A DNA stretch of 64,000 nucleotides from Minisyncoccia bacterium (GTDB lineage Bacteria > Patescibacteriota > Minisyncoccia > Moranbacterales > GCA-2747515), in the NCBI GenBank assembly GCA_041738235.1, contig JBGSQF010000013.1, forward strand, positions 193,899 through 257,898. Reading direction: 5' to 3'. The position numbers and the translations under genes were made by a program. Position 1 is the first letter of the stretch; each line of letters starts with the position of its first letter. Shown one piece after another: positions 1 through 9,523 of this stretch. A model generated the notes under the pieces. That model worked only from the letters and a program-made list of their open reading frames with translations. It searched no databases and was not told the origin of the DNA.

Positions 1-681
1 AAAAGACCCTTCCGGAGGAAAAAAATCGACATCAAGACGTTCATTCAATGCTGCAATATGAAGATCCTGTATATTGTTATTTCGAACAGCGTTCAATATC
101 TCAATAAACCGTTCGTCACTTTGGCGATAGATCTTTTGTAGTTCCATCATTTCCACATCGAACGATCGAAAGACATCTGAAGAAAAAAAGTAGGGACTTT
201 GGTATCGTGTCTTAAAGAACATTCTCTCCTCAGCGCTTGCCACCACTGGAGGCAATTGATAGAGATCGCCGATACATATGAGTTGTATCCCACCAAAGGG
301 AATATCTTTTTTATTCCGAGCCAAGCGAAGCGATCGATCTATACAATCTAGGAGGTCGGCCCGGACCATAGAGATCTCATCGATCAACAAAGCGTCAAGA
401 GCCCGAATGACCTTGATATTTTTCTTTGGTTTCTTTATCGTCTCCAGAGTTATATCAGTAGAAAAACCAAAGAAAGAGTGGATGGTCTGCCCTTGAACGT
501 TCAACGCCGCTACGCCCGTCGGCGCCAAGATCACAATACTCTTTTTTGTATGCTCACGGAAATATTGAAGGAGAGTTGATTTCCCTGTTCCTGCACGCCC
601 AGTGATAAAAACGGGCTTATTGCCCTTTTCCATCATCTCCCACGCTCGTTTGAACTCTCTATTGATCTCGATACTCTTCAT
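1..681 (-). CDS. PIF1/RecD-like superfamily-1 helicase, N-terminal part; the gene continues beyond the window start
   Basis: Minus-strand frame reads MKSIEINREF...GRAGTGKSTLLQYF (Walker A), LAPTGVAALNV..TIHSF, LLIDEISMV (Walker B) and IGDLYQLPPV. These are the AAA_30/PIF1 helicase motifs. The ORF is open to coordinate 1. Confidence 0.75.
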   Translation of the reverse strand, partial: MKSIEINREFKRAWEMMEKGNKPVFITGRAGTGKSTLLQYFREHTKKSIVILAPTGVAALNVQGQTIHSFFGFSTDITLETIKKPKKNIKVIRALDALLIDEISMVRADLLDCIDRSLRLARNKKDIPFGGIQLICIGDLYQLPPVVASAEERMFFKTRYQSPYFFSSDVFRSFDVEMMELQKIYRQSDERFIEILNAVRNNNIQDLHIAALNERLDVDFFPPEGSF

Positions 682-918
682 TTTGATTGTAATGTTCGAA
701 AGAAGGGCCTATCAGCCTGTAGTAACCTTGGATTTCGATCCCCCACCTGATCCGGCATTTTTTCTTCTTCTCCCAACTGTCCAGGCGATTCAATACCAAT
801 GCTATCATTTTGTTTTCCCTCGATACCGGTATTGTCACCGAATTGTTTTGGCATCGGTTCTCCAGATCCAAGTTGTTCTCTTTTACGCATACTTATATTT
901 ATTTTATGATTTTACCCA

Positions 919-1992
919 CTATGAATCTAATCCAACTTCCTTCATATATACCGTCTTGGTTGGGAAAGCAAACTCTATCCCCTCTCGCTCGAATGCCTCT
1001 TTAAGGCTCAAGTTGAATAGTTGCCTCACATCCATATACACATCATAGTCACTCGTTTCCACAAAATACACACATTCAAAAGATAAGGCACTCTCCTCAA
1101 AGTTTTTAAAGTGTGCTCGACCAAACGTCGTATTCTCAATGGAAGAGACGATCTCTTTCATGATCTCGGGTATCCTCTTCAACTTTTCATTCGGCGTATC
1201 ATAGGTCACACCAAATTCTTTAGAGACCCTTCGTCGTTTCATCTTTTTAAAGTTCTGTACACGTGAAGAGGTCAACTCAGAGTTAGAAATGATGATCTCC
1301 TCTCCCCCCAACGACTTTATCCGAGTCGTTTTGATACCAATACTCTTTACTGTACCGCTATGTTCACCTACAACAATGAAATCTCCCACAGAAAAAGGCT
1401 TCTCAAGATAGAGAGAGAAAGAACTAAAAAGGTCCTTGAGAATATTTTGAAGTGCGAACGCAACGGCAATACCTCCTATCCCCACCCCAGCGATCAGAGA
1501 CGTCACATCGATCCCAAGATTGGACAAAACGACCAAGGTCCCAAATACCCACACCAACCCCTTGATGATCGACCCAAGAAGCTGTACTGCGACCTTTGCA
1601 TGTGCATCTGATTTCACGCGAAATACTCCATCGGCTATAAAGTCGATCACAACACGTAACGTCACCACTATCTGATAGGTAACCAAAATGATCAACAGTG
1701 TATTAATGATCGAATGTGTGAGACCGTTCAAAGTCAATGTCCTTATTGCAATATATGCCGCTAGAAACAAAGAGAGCGGTGGACGCAATGACTCGATCAC
1801 CTGTATCACTATATTATCAATATCCGTCTTGGTCTTCTCAGAAAATCGCTTGAGACGAGTCATCAGTAGTTGTTGAGCGAGAAATAAGATGACCGCAAAT
1901 ATGATGAATGAGAGAAGTGCTTGTATATAGGCGATTGCCGTATTCCCCCAAAGTGTTGTGGTCCATCCGGACCAAAAAAGAATCTCTTCCAT
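919..1992 (-). CDS. Mechanosensitive ion channel, MscS family
   Basis: 357 aa with N-terminal TM helices, followed by a beta-domain and C-terminal region typical of small-conductance mechanosensitive channels (...VGDFIVVGEHSGTVKSIGIKTTRIKSLGGEEIIISNSEL...). Confidence 0.8.
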   Translation of the reverse strand: MEEILFWSGWTTTLWGNTAIAYIQALLSFIIFAVILFLAQQLLMTRLKRFSEKTKTDIDNIVIQVIESLRPPLSLFLAAYIAIRTLTLNGLTHSIINTLLIILVTYQIVVTLRVVIDFIADGVFRVKSDAHAKVAVQLLGSIIKGLVWVFGTLVVLSNLGIDVTSLIAGVGIGGIAVAFALQNILKDLFSSFSLYLEKPFSVGDFIVVGEHSGTVKSIGIKTTRIKSLGGEEIIISNSELTSSRVQNFKKMKRRRVSKEFGVTYDTPNEKLKRIPEIMKEIVSSIENTTFGRAHFKNFEESALSFECVYFVETSDYDVYMDVRQLFNLSLKEAFEREGIEFAFPTKTVYMKEVGLDS

Positions 1993-2012
1993 GATGCACT
2001 ATTTTTAAGAAA

Positions 2013-2489
2013 TTATCCTGCTTTTTGTAATTCCCGAACATCCGCAAGTATTTCACTTGCATGAACCTCGGGTTTTACCTTTTCGTAGATCTTAGCGATC
2101 TTTCCCTTAGGATCAACCAAAAATGACATACGCTCTACACCCATATAGGTCCGTCCCATAAACTTTTTCTCTCGCCACACCCCAAACATCTCCGCCATTT
2201 TATGGTCCTCATCTACGAGCAAAGGAAATGGCAATTGATACTTCTCCACGAATTTCTGGTGCGACTTTACGCCCTGAACGCTCACTCCTAAAACTGCGAT
2301 CTCCCCCTTCTTAAAATCCCCCCAAACATCCCGAATGGCGCATGCCTCCTTCGTACATCCAGGAGTATCATCCTTGGGATAGAAATAGACCAAGAGCCAC
2401 TTCCCTCTATAATTTCTGGGTGTTTGTCCAACGCCCTTTTCATCAAAAACGACGAATTCAGGTACTTTTTTCCCAATTTGTATAGACAT
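2013..2489 (-). CDS. bcp: Peroxiredoxin Bcp (thiol peroxidase, AhpC/TSA family)
   Basis: 158 aa containing YFYPKDDTPGCTKEAC, the peroxidatic-Cys motif of the Bcp/PrxQ subfamily. Confidence 0.85.
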   Translation of the reverse strand: MSIQIGKKVPEFVVFDEKGVGQTPRNYRGKWLLVYFYPKDDTPGCTKEACAIRDVWGDFKKGEIAVLGVSVQGVKSHQKFVEKYQLPFPLLVDEDHKMAEMFGVWREKKFMGRTYMGVERMSFLVDPKGKIAKIYEKVKPEVHASEILADVRELQKAG

Positions 2490-2523
2490 ATTTTATGAGT
2501 TATCAAATAAGATCCCCAAGTCA

Positions 2524-2964
2524 TCAAAACATTGGGTGGCGTGGGATGGATGACGACGAGTTCCCATCATCCGATCCACCATGTTTTCCCAGGGTCAAGC
2601 GATCATCATCGCGCTGTCCATACGGTCTTGCAATACCAGACTTTTTTTCTTTCTCCTCAAGATACCGATCACGTGCCTTCATAAGTCGTCGATCATCGAT
2701 CCCAAACCGTTTTGCGATACTCCTTGCCTCTTTTTTGTTTATGTGATCTCCCTCTCCATAGCGCGCCTTCGCCACAATATCTGCCATCTCATCAAACGTT
2801 ACTCCACCTTTCTTCCTATCAAGTATTTCATCACGTAGCCATCGCTTTTCGGCCATTATATCCATACCTTCTGTTCCTCGAGCAACCTTTTTCATATCCT
2901 TCTTATCTCTCCCATGTTTGAAATAATCTGTTGAAAAAACTTTTTTTGTTTTGCCAAATATCAT
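2524..2964 (-). CDS. Hypothetical protein, charged and Lys/Arg/Asp-rich
   Basis: 146-aa ORF filling a gap between flanking genes; no recognisable motif. Confidence 0.4.
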   Translation of the reverse strand: MIFGKTKKVFSTDYFKHGRDKKDMKKVARGTEGMDIMAEKRWLRDEILDRKKGGVTFDEMADIVAKARYGEGDHINKKEARSIAKRFGIDDRRLMKARDRYLEEKEKKSGIARPYGQRDDDRLTLGKHGGSDDGNSSSSIPRHPMF

Positions 2965-3001
2965 ATGTCTTCCACGTTATTTTTTATCAAACATGATCCC
3001 A

Positions 3002-4708
3002 CTATTTTCTGATCGAACTCAGATCCCTGCCCCTTTCTATAACTCCGTTTTGCTTTATTTTTAATACCGACCGCTTGTTTTTATGACCCTCATCCCTTAA
3101 GGCCCCCATATCCACGGATGCCACGCTCAAGTCTTGTCTCTCGTACACCGGAAGAAATTGATCCGTGTGTCCATGAAATATAGCGTTGATACCCTGCTTT
3201 TTTATGGCATCAATAAAGTTAAACTCATCCTTCCCCGAAAGCCCCCTCCAAAAATATTCCCGGTTATCCGTATTCAGAAAGACGTCACGCAACTGATCAA
3301 AAAAGGGACTCGGCTCCTTATTGTTCAACAACACATCTCTCAATCCCGCCTGATAATATGTATTGATACGATCAACCATCATCTTTATATCCCCCTGCTT
3401 CGTCAATGTCTCCATCATAGAAAATGTCGGATCGGTATGTGTAAACAAACTGTCATCATGCACTACAGCCAATTTGAAATTACACATCGTTTCTAACATT
3501 TCCCTCCCCCGAGAATCCCCTTGCATATTTCTGAGCACCAATTCTCTTTCTGCATTGAGTTGTTGCCAAATACGTTCCTGCTGCCCGGCGTCCAGCGTTG
3601 TGAATGCATCCAGATCAACACCGCTGAGTTGTGAAGACCCGTATCTGCATAGTTCTAATAGCCCGTAATAGTGACCCTGTCGACACGACTCAAAAGCGTC
3701 AGAACTGGCCGCCCCAATCCTACCAGAAAGAAATGAGAGAAAAAAATCTTCATGATTTCCAGAAAGTATATCGATCTCCCCCCCTTGCAACTTCGCCTCT
3801 TTGGATAATTTCGAGATCATGTCTACCGCATCCATCCCATGTGTCTGCCTATCCCCGAGAATATCTCCATGAAAAACTACTTTTCTATCACCGCCAGTCC
3901 AGCGTAAATTTCCACCCGCATCCACAGACACCACCCCCAAACTCTCCAGATTTGCCCTTAAGGCCTCGACACTCCCGAACAGATCTCCTACCGCCATCAC
4001 CTCACTTGCCCGAGGAATTTTTCTCCAGTCCATAGCTTCGGCCTCTCCGATTTTTTTGCTTTGGTCTTTTGGTTGTGGCAGATCAGGACTCAACACCCCA
4101 CCCTCTGCTGTGCCCCGTGTCTTTGTAGAAAGATCTTCTTCCTTGTGACTCACAACCCTAGATTCTTTCAGGTCCGGGGATCCTAACTCTTTCGCCTTCC
4201 GGTATTCTTGAAGAGCCAATTCATACTGAAAGTTGGTCAGAACCTCTCTATCCACATCAGATAGAGTGGGTGAAAATTTTCCTTCCGCACCTTTTTGCTG
4301 AAAATACAAAAATTCCTCACGAAGTTCTGACATTAAGAAACTATCTTCTGCAAGCAGAGATGAAATGTCACCCTCTCCTCTCACAAACCGTCCAACACGA
4401 TCACCGGACAAGGCGATCGCCCGATCCATCAATACTTTGTCATCCCCCTCCAACCCAGCGTAAAAATCATTGAACGCCTTTCTCTTTCCTTCCTCTCTTT
4501 TGATCTCTCTTCGCTGAGTTTCAGCAACGATCTCCTTTCTTTGTCTCAGAACGCTCTCTCTTTTTGCCACATCGACCGGCAAAGCATCATGCAAAAGAAA
4601 CTCCTCCACAAGCTTGCTTGGCAATCCACGCAATTTTGTTGGAATGAAGACCTCTCCTGAGGGAGAAACTTCCCTTTGTTCATGAACATCCATGTGTTTT
4701 ACTATCAC
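3002..4708 (-). CDS. PPP-family (calcineurin-like) metallophosphoesterase with a long N-terminal extension
   Basis: VVFHGDILGDRQ (GDxxDR) and LSGNHEDFF (GNHE) metal-binding motifs lie in the middle of a 568-aa protein. The N-terminal ~230 aa are charged with a coiled-coil character. Confidence 0.6.
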   Translation of the reverse strand: MIVKHMDVHEQREVSPSGEVFIPTKLRGLPSKLVEEFLLHDALPVDVAKRESVLRQRKEIVAETQRREIKREEGKRKAFNDFYAGLEGDDKVLMDRAIALSGDRVGRFVRGEGDISSLLAEDSFLMSELREEFLYFQQKGAEGKFSPTLSDVDREVLTNFQYELALQEYRKAKELGSPDLKESRVVSHKEEDLSTKTRGTAEGGVLSPDLPQPKDQSKKIGEAEAMDWRKIPRASEVMAVGDLFGSVEALRANLESLGVVSVDAGGNLRWTGGDRKVVFHGDILGDRQTHGMDAVDMISKLSKEAKLQGGEIDILSGNHEDFFLSFLSGRIGAASSDAFESCRQGHYYGLLELCRYGSSQLSGVDLDAFTTLDAGQQERIWQQLNAERELVLRNMQGDSRGREMLETMCNFKLAVVHDDSLFTHTDPTFSMMETLTKQGDIKMMVDRINTYYQAGLRDVLLNNKEPSPFFDQLRDVFLNTDNREYFWRGLSGKDEFNFIDAIKKQGINAIFHGHTDQFLPVYERQDLSVASVDMGALRDEGHKNKRSVLKIKQNGVIERGRDLSSIRK

Positions 4709-4728
4709 TTTTTAAACCCAAAAGAACA

Positions 4729-6597
4729 TCATTCCAATATTGCCTTGATCCTTCGTACTCCAGCACTGGAAGATTCTTCTTTTGTGATACGGAATTTTCC
4801 TTTTATATCAGCCGTTCTTTCAACGTGTGGACCTCCGCATAGCTCTTGAGAATAGATATTCCCCTCTCGGTCCTCAACAATATATACGTTCACCATTTCA
4901 GGATATTTCTCCCAAAAACTTCCCTCAACACCCTCAGCACGCGCCGTATCCTTCGGCATCGTAGTAATTCGAACCGAACATCCCTTGGAGATCGCCTCAT
5001 TCACATAGGCCTCCACCTCATCCAAGATCTCACGACTTACTTTTTCGGGATGCGTGAAATCAAATCGTGTTCGCTCCACTGTAATATTTGAACCAGCTTG
5101 ATGTACATGATCGCCCAGGTACTTTCGAAGCCCTGCAAGCATAAGGTGTGTCACCGTGTGAAGCATGGTCGTCTTTTCACTGTGATCAGCGAGTCCTCCT
5201 TTAAATTTCCCTGCCGACGCTGTTCGTGAAAGATCACGGTGTTTTTGAAACTCTTCTCGATACTGATCAATATTTACTTCTATACCTTTCTCCTCCGCAA
5301 GTTCTTGGGTCATCTCCATCGGAAACCCATACGTAGAGAAAAGAATAAAAGCATCACGCCCATCAACAGACCCCTTTTGGGAAACCAGTCTTTCAAACTC
5401 TCGCAATCCCTTTTGCAAGGTCTTTCGAAATTTCATCTCTTCCTCTGCCACGATCCTTTCGATATTGTTCTCCTTTTCCTTAAGAAAAAGGTATGCATCG
5501 GCGTAGTACTCCGCGATGGGCAATGTGAGATCCTTGAGTGACCCTACCGACATACCAATTGAATCAGCAAAACGAATTGCGCGACGAAGGAGTCTTCGAA
5601 GTACATATCCTCTTTCCGTGTTAGATGGTACTATTCCCTCCCCGATCATAAACACCGAACCTCGAACATGGTCAGCTACGATTCGAAAAGAACGCTTATC
5701 CTCAGCGTATTTCTTTCCAGAAAGCTGTTCCATCTTTTCAATAAGACTTCGAAAAATATCAAGGCGAAAAACATCCGACTCGTCACTTGCTGCAGCCGCA
5801 ATACGCTCGAGCCCTCCACCAAAGTCGACATTACGCTGTGGCAGTTTTTCAAACTTCCCCTCTCGCTTGATAAACTCCATAAAGACAGAGTTCCCGATCT
5901 CCATAAACCGCCCACAATCACAATTTGGATGACACTCAGCACCAAATTTCTCATCATGCAGGATGTCAGTAAATTCGTAGAATACCTCACTATCGGGTCC
6001 ACCCGGTTCTCCCTCAGGCATATTGTCCGGCACGCCCGACCGGCTCCACCAATTCTTTTTTGCTCCGTACGAGAATATCCGACCCCCCTGCATCCCCACC
6101 TTGCTTGCTCGCTCTTCTGTAAGCATTTCTCTATGTTCTGCTTCAATTCCTTTTTCCCCAAAAAGCCTCTTCCAAATTTCAATGGATTCATCATCCCTCC
6201 CTACACCACTCTTTTCATCTCCTGAAAACACCGTAACGTAGAGTCGATTTGGATCAATTTTCAATTCCTGAACCAAAAAAGTGAAAAACCAGCGAAGTTG
6301 TTCTTGTTTAAAATACTCTCCTAGAGACCAGTTCCCCAACATCTCAAAGTATGTCGTATGTCTATTATCTCCAACTTCTTCAATATCCTCAGCTCGAAAA
6401 CAGCGCTGTGAATTCACCAACCGATTCCCCTCCGGATGCGATTGTCCAAGAAGATACGGAATGAGTGGTTGCATCCCCGATCCGGTAAACAACGTCGTAG
6501 GATCATTTTCCGGAAATATCGACGATGACGGAATAACCGTATGTCCGTTTTTCTGACAATATTCCAAATATTTTTTACGTATTGCATTTAACATCAT
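4729..6597 (-). CDS. alaS: Alanine--tRNA ligase, short form lacking the C-Ala domain
   Basis: FTGSGMQP and RCFRAEDIEEVGDNRHTTYFEMLGNWS are class II AlaRS signatures. HTVTHLM...H editing-domain motifs are also present. The protein is only 622 aa. Confidence 0.9.
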   Translation of the reverse strand: MMLNAIRKKYLEYCQKNGHTVIPSSSIFPENDPTTLFTGSGMQPLIPYLLGQSHPEGNRLVNSQRCFRAEDIEEVGDNRHTTYFEMLGNWSLGEYFKQEQLRWFFTFLVQELKIDPNRLYVTVFSGDEKSGVGRDDESIEIWKRLFGEKGIEAEHREMLTEERASKVGMQGGRIFSYGAKKNWWSRSGVPDNMPEGEPGGPDSEVFYEFTDILHDEKFGAECHPNCDCGRFMEIGNSVFMEFIKREGKFEKLPQRNVDFGGGLERIAAAASDESDVFRLDIFRSLIEKMEQLSGKKYAEDKRSFRIVADHVRGSVFMIGEGIVPSNTERGYVLRRLLRRAIRFADSIGMSVGSLKDLTLPIAEYYADAYLFLKEKENNIERIVAEEEMKFRKTLQKGLREFERLVSQKGSVDGRDAFILFSTYGFPMEMTQELAEEKGIEVNIDQYREEFQKHRDLSRTASAGKFKGGLADHSEKTTMLHTVTHLMLAGLRKYLGDHVHQAGSNITVERTRFDFTHPEKVSREILDEVEAYVNEAISKGCSVRITTMPKDTARAEGVEGSFWEKYPEMVNVYIVEDREGNIYSQELCGGPHVERTADIKGKFRITKEESSSAGVRRIKAILE

Positions 6598-6635
6598 AAC
6601 TTTATAGGATCTAACAGTACAGACTTTTAATTTAT

Positions 6636-7193
6636 TTACACCGTTCTTACATCTTCTTCTTTCTTCTTTCGTATCTCCTCGATCTTTTCGTTATACTCAT
6701 CCACTACCTTCTGCAAAACATCTTTTCCCTGAAATTTCTCATCCTCTCCGAATTCTCCCGCCTCTTGTGCCTTCTGAATGGCTGACCATGCATCCTCACG
6801 GATCTTTCGAATAGCAATGCGCGCCTCTTCCGCTTTCTTCCCCACCATCTTCACGAGTTCTTCACGGCGCTCTTCGGTCAACGGAGGAAGATTCAAACGT
6901 ATCACCTGACCATCATTGGCAGGATTAAGTCCCAAGTCCGACTCACGGATCGCCGCTTCGATCTGTACCGCTGCTCCCTTATCCCAGGGAGAGATCGTTA
7001 TGGTTCGTGGCTCAGGAATATGCACCGTCGCAAGCTGTTCGATCGGCATTTTGGAACCATACATATCTACCACGATCCCATCAAGCAACGATGTGCTCGC
7101 TCGTCCTGTTCGTACTTTTGCCAACTCCTGCTTGAAATTTACTATCGTATGCTCAAATCGCTCTTTTTCTACAGAAATGTATTGTTCAAACAT
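6636..7193 (-). CDS. frr: Ribosome recycling factor
   Basis: 185 aa with a conserved RRF sequence (ISVEKERFEHTIVNFKQELAKVRTGRAS...LNLPPLTEERREEL). Confidence 0.95.
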   Translation of the reverse strand: MFEQYISVEKERFEHTIVNFKQELAKVRTGRASTSLLDGIVVDMYGSKMPIEQLATVHIPEPRTITISPWDKGAAVQIEAAIRESDLGLNPANDGQVIRLNLPPLTEERREELVKMVGKKAEEARIAIRKIREDAWSAIQKAQEAGEFGEDEKFQGKDVLQKVVDEYNEKIEEIRKKKEEDVRTV

Positions 7194-7229
7194 AAGGTTA
7201 TTTTAAGAATTATAGACCAAGAAAATTAT

Positions 7230-8354
7230 TTATTGCTTTGCCGACTCTCGAAGACCTACATAAATAATGCCTGGGTTTTTGAAGTCATGGATCATCACAC
7301 TCACAGAAGCTTTATCGGCATCAAGTTGATACGGGAACCAATTTACTCCACCATCCGTCGTTCGATAAATGGCCTGAGCGCTATTGTAGTAGATCTCACT
7401 TGAATTCTCAGGACTTACTACGACCGAGGCTATAGGAAATGCCTTGGAGCTCCCAATGATGTTTATTTCTTCCCAATTTGCACCATACCCTGAAAAACGA
7501 AAAAGTCCTTTATTCGTTCCCACGTACCCCACGCCCTGCAGTTTTCTATCAAGCGAATAAGAGTAAACTGAACCGACCACCACGTCTTTTACAGCACATT
7601 CTTTCCCTTGTACACAAGCCTTCTTTTTTTCATCAAGTGCTTTCTTCCACTCTTCCTTCATATCAACAAATGTGTTGCCACCATCTCGACTCATAAGAAG
7701 ACTGTTTTGAAACGTCATAACATACACGATACTCTCGTTAAAAGGATCTACGGAAAGTGCACGGACGGGTTTTCCAGCATTAAACTTATTTTCCCATGTC
7801 GCTCCACCGTCTTGGGTCATAATGATCACGCCAGTACTCGTTCCGGCATATACAACATCGGGCACACTTTTTTTGAGTGCCAAGGAAAGCAGTACTGTCC
7901 CGTCCGCCGGCTCCGTATAAGTTTCCTTCCAGGTTTCCCCACCATCTATGGTCTTTGCGATCTTTGCTCTTCCATTGAAGACACCTGTCACATACGCGAT
8001 ATTTGAATCAGAAGGATGTGTAGCGATCGCGTAATTCTTTTGGATCGGCACATTGACTTGCGCCCAAGTCTCCCCACCATCTTTGGTCATAAAGACCCCA
8101 CTCTCCAACGACCCGAGATAGATCTTCTTGGTATCCATATAATCCATACCCAAAGAAAGAACGTTCACTTTTGCAATGTTCTTTTTATCATCGACTTTTA
8201 CGATCGGCTTATAGGCTTGTCCCCGATCATCGGAACGTATCATTCCTCCAGTCATCGTCGAAATAGACACTTCTGTATTCCCAGTTGGTAATGTACATCC
8301 CGAAAGCAGAAACGCTACAACAAGAACAAGCCCACTTCCCACGATCTTTTTCAT
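7230..8354 (-). CDS. Lipoprotein with BNR/Asp-box (sialidase-type) repeats
   Basis: Signal peptide plus lipobox (LLSGC). There are at least five S/T-x-DGG-x-T-W repeats: TKDGGETW, TIDGGETW, TQDGGATW, SRDGGNTF and TTDGGVNW. Confidence 0.75.
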   Translation of the reverse strand: MKKIVGSGLVLVVAFLLSGCTLPTGNTEVSISTMTGGMIRSDDRGQAYKPIVKVDDKKNIAKVNVLSLGMDYMDTKKIYLGSLESGVFMTKDGGETWAQVNVPIQKNYAIATHPSDSNIAYVTGVFNGRAKIAKTIDGGETWKETYTEPADGTVLLSLALKKSVPDVVYAGTSTGVIIMTQDGGATWENKFNAGKPVRALSVDPFNESIVYVMTFQNSLLMSRDGGNTFVDMKEEWKKALDEKKKACVQGKECAVKDVVVGSVYSYSLDRKLQGVGYVGTNKGLFRFSGYGANWEEINIIGSSKAFPIASVVVSPENSSEIYYNSAQAIYRTTDGGVNWFPYQLDADKASVSVMIHDFKNPGIIYVGLRESAKQ

Positions 8355-8424
8355 AAGCGTATTGTTTTTTTACTTTTTCTTTATTATAGCATAAAAGAGC
8401 ATAAAGAAAAGCCTCTTTTCCCCA

Positions 8425-8517
8425 ATAAAAAAACGCTTTGCGCGTTGTTGTTTCCTGAAAAACTTTTGTCGGCGGGGACAAGCGGATCCTGATACTACAA
8501 GAATCCAGCTTGTCCCC
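8425..8517 (-). repeat. Box+hairpin unit X1: AATAAAAAAACGCTTTGCGCG box, then a 10-bp GC stem (GGGGACAAGC/GCTTGTCCCC) with GATACTAC in the loop
   Basis: Direct reading of the sequence. On the minus strand the order is strong hairpin, then mini-hairpin CGCGCAAAGCG plus U-run. This is a terminator-like 3' end for a minus-strand transcript. Confidence 0.5.
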
Positions 8518-8929
8518 ACTTGCTTGAGCCATCAGACCGGGTTGACGCTGACTCGGTGCGCTCCCAGAGCCTGTCGGGCGATCGTCGTGATCTTGGTCAT
8601 GCGATCAGAGTCGGGAGAGCCGTGGAGAATGACAGAAAAATGAGCACTTCCTTTCTGGTCAACCCTTCCACGGACCACCTTGTGACACCCTATCTGCGCT
8701 TAGCATAGCGCTTCGAATAGAGCGCCTTCGCTCCCGAGCTTCCCGTTTCCATTCCTGGGAACCGCCTTAAGAGTAAGTCTTGTCTTCAACTCTTGCCTCT
8801 TTTCTTGTGTCCTCCACCAGAACTCCAAGCTCCGGCTCTGGTATTGACCTGTGTATGAAATTGCCTCCCAATTTCACCTATTTTATATACCCCATTTTAA
8901 GAAAAGATGCAACATATAAATACTCAGAC

Positions 8930-9055
8930 AATAAAAAACACGCTTTGCGCGCGATCATTTTTTACCGATAAAGAATATTACTGGGCGGAGGACTCAGCGG
9001 TTGGGTTTTTATTGGTGCGATACTACGACACCACCCTCGCGCTTTGTCCTCCGCC
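8930..9055 (-). repeat. Box+hairpin unit X2, paralogous to X1: AATAAAAAACACGCTTTGCGCGCG box, then stem GGCGGAGGAC/GTCCTCCGCC with GATACTAC in the loop
   Basis: The box and the loop motif are shared with X1. X2 lies immediately 3' (minus strand) of small ORF 9061..9261. Confidence 0.5.
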
Positions 9056-9523
9056 TACCCCTACCCCTGCTTGAGGCGGCCGGTCGATCCCGGTCCCTCC
9101 CGGAAAAACTCCGGGGAGAGTTCCCGGATCGCGACTGCCGCCGCCGCGAACTCCTCCGTCCCTGGGTCGAATTGACCCTCCCGAAGGAGGTATAGCCTTA
9201 TATCCTCATCGCTCTCATGGGATTCCATTCCCGTCCCCCAAACCATTTCTGCCATTCCCATTCTCTCTTTGTCTTACCCTCCCGAGATTCGTTCCCCCTT
9301 CTCGGTCAGACCTGCCCTAGAAATCGAGGATTTCCAACCCTCGACACCCTAAAGAACTTACCCTGTAATATAACATTTATTTCAAATAAAGTCAATACCC
9401 CGACATTGACATCCATTCTCAGTATGCCACCATATGAGTTACCTATCGGAAACACCGATCCGAGGGTAAAGAATCCGCAGAATTGCGGTAAGTATTCAAC
9501 CCAAGAAACGGAGAAAAAGGAAG

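Noticed and set aside
8360-9523. Possible tmRNA or RNase P RNA in the GC-rich ORF-free island
   Set aside because: Both strands were read for hallmark sequences and none matched: RNase P P4 strands GGAAAGUCCGG / ACAGAAnCCGGCUUA; tmRNA 5' GGGG..UUCGAC, an ANDENYALAA-like tag ORF and a 3' T-arm-CCA. GGGTCGAATTGACCC at 9163 resembles a T-arm but has a 5-nt loop and no acceptor context. The region is left as an unclassified structured element.
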